Part shown: one piece after another, positions 63,128-64,000 of the stretch
Layout: each line of letters opens with the position of its first letter
Position numbering within the stretch: the first letter of the stretch is position 1
Assembly: GCA_963755915.1 (NCBI GenBank)
Contig: CAVWLP010000003.1
Span: 160,001-224,000 of the forward strand
DNA: 64,000 nucleotides
Reading direction: 5' to 3'
Origin: an uncultured Phycisphaerales bacterium
GTDB lineage: Bacteria; Planctomycetota; Phycisphaerae; Tepidisphaerales; Tepidisphaeraceae
Notes under the pieces: model-generated
Databases searched by the model: none
The model's input: only the letters and a program-made list of their open reading frames with translations
What the model was told of the DNA's origin: nothing
Program-made: the position numbers and the translations under genes

Positions 63128-63928
63128 TCACTGACCCGTCGGATCAGGCTCGGTTGCCGGTCCTCCGCCGCCGAAATCCCAGGGATCGAGGAAGGCCTCA
63201 AAGTCGTTGTTGTTGTTCAAGATCAGCTTCATTTCGACGTGCATATCGAGGAACAAGTAGTTGGAACCCAAATGTAATCCGTGGCGCGTTGCATCGATTT
63301 TGCCGTTTTCGTAGTCGCCGTATTCCATGTAGTAGTCGCCGACCGCGGAAACTTTTTCACCCATCAGGATGGCATTAGACGGCGACATGTGGTTCGGCAG
63401 CGGGGTTCCGTATTTTTCGTTGTAGTACGACATGTAGGCATTGAGAATATAGGTGTGCAACCCGTTCGGTGGCGGGTCCGTATTATCTGTTGGACAAGTA
63501 ATCACGCCCGTTTTGTATGACCCCAGCACTACCGACGGCCAGGTGTTGTAGGTGTAGATAGGCCAATACGGCTGATAGGCCGGATTAAGAACCAGATTGG
63601 TTTGTCCGTTGTAAAGCGTCCCACCAATCAGTCCATCGTCGCCGGGTGTCTTATAATAAACCGAATTTGTGCTCCAGCCCATACCCGTCGGAAACAGCCA
63701 GCCGCTCCACTGATCGGCGTACGCGAGCATCGCGACGCCGCATTGCCGCATGTTGCTGGCGCATTGGACGGCTTCGGATTGCTGGCGGGCTTTTGTCAGA
63801 GCCGGCATCAGAAACGAAATGACGACGGCAATGATGCCGATGACCACCAGCAATTCGACCAGCGTAAACCCGGCGCAGAATGATTTGCGACTTCCCATGC
63901 CCGATGATCCTGTGAATGGACGCAACAT
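63128..63928 (-). CDS. prepilin-type N-methylation domain protein (DUF1559-like, H-X9-DG variant)
   Basis: GFTLVELLVVIGII, CASNMRQ, CPTD, RH..SNYLFLDMHVE. Confidence 0.9.
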   Translation of the reverse strand: MLRPFTGSSGMGSRKSFCAGFTLVELLVVIGIIAVVISFLMPALTKARQQSEAVQCASNMRQCGVAMLAYADQWSGWLFPTGMGWSTNSVYYKTPGDDGLIGGTLYNGQTNLVLNPAYQPYWPIYTYNTWPSVVLGSYKTGVITCPTDNTDPPPNGLHTYILNAYMSYYNEKYGTPLPNHMSPSNAILMGEKVSAVGDYYMEYGDYENGKIDATRHGLHLGSNYLFLDMHVEMKLILNNNNDFEAFLDPWDFGGGGPATEPDPTGQ

Positions 63929-64000
63929 TCTACCTTCTTTGACGCATGCCGCCAGCAAACATTGCAGGGGCGGGAAACTATATTTGGGGTCACTATATTG

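Overview
GC-rich bacterial DNA that looks planctomycetal, probably Phycisphaerae/Tepidisphaerales. The evidence is a PEP-CTERM protein, a DUF1559-type prepilin and recurring ATTQP motifs. The assembly is indel-prone, with roughly 25 frameshifts including in mnmG and trpD, most likely sequencing errors. Bases 176-10491 are a 10.3 kb element integrated in a tRNA(CAT) gene. It carries a tyrosine integrase, an excisionase-like gene, a BrnT toxin-antitoxin pair and surface or membrane cargo. The integrase reading frame runs through the att site and would fuse in frame to a different C-terminal tail on excision. The rest is mostly core genes: a two-component pair, cls, cyclic beta-1,2-glucan synthase, mntR-mntH-usp, a DUF748/AsmA-like pair, tRNA-Tyr, mutY, a GT41 TPR protein, holB, tmk, galK, trpD, nfeD-GT2-floA, a B12-related cluster and mnmG. 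There is also one IS, a three-gene orphan islet, and a MerR-promoter operon encoding an unannotated 25-aa, 8-Cys peptide, ArsC and an aquaporin. At least eight families of short palindromic repeats are scattered through the window. They insert into one another without target duplication, several levels deep, and in frame into two protein-coding genes.
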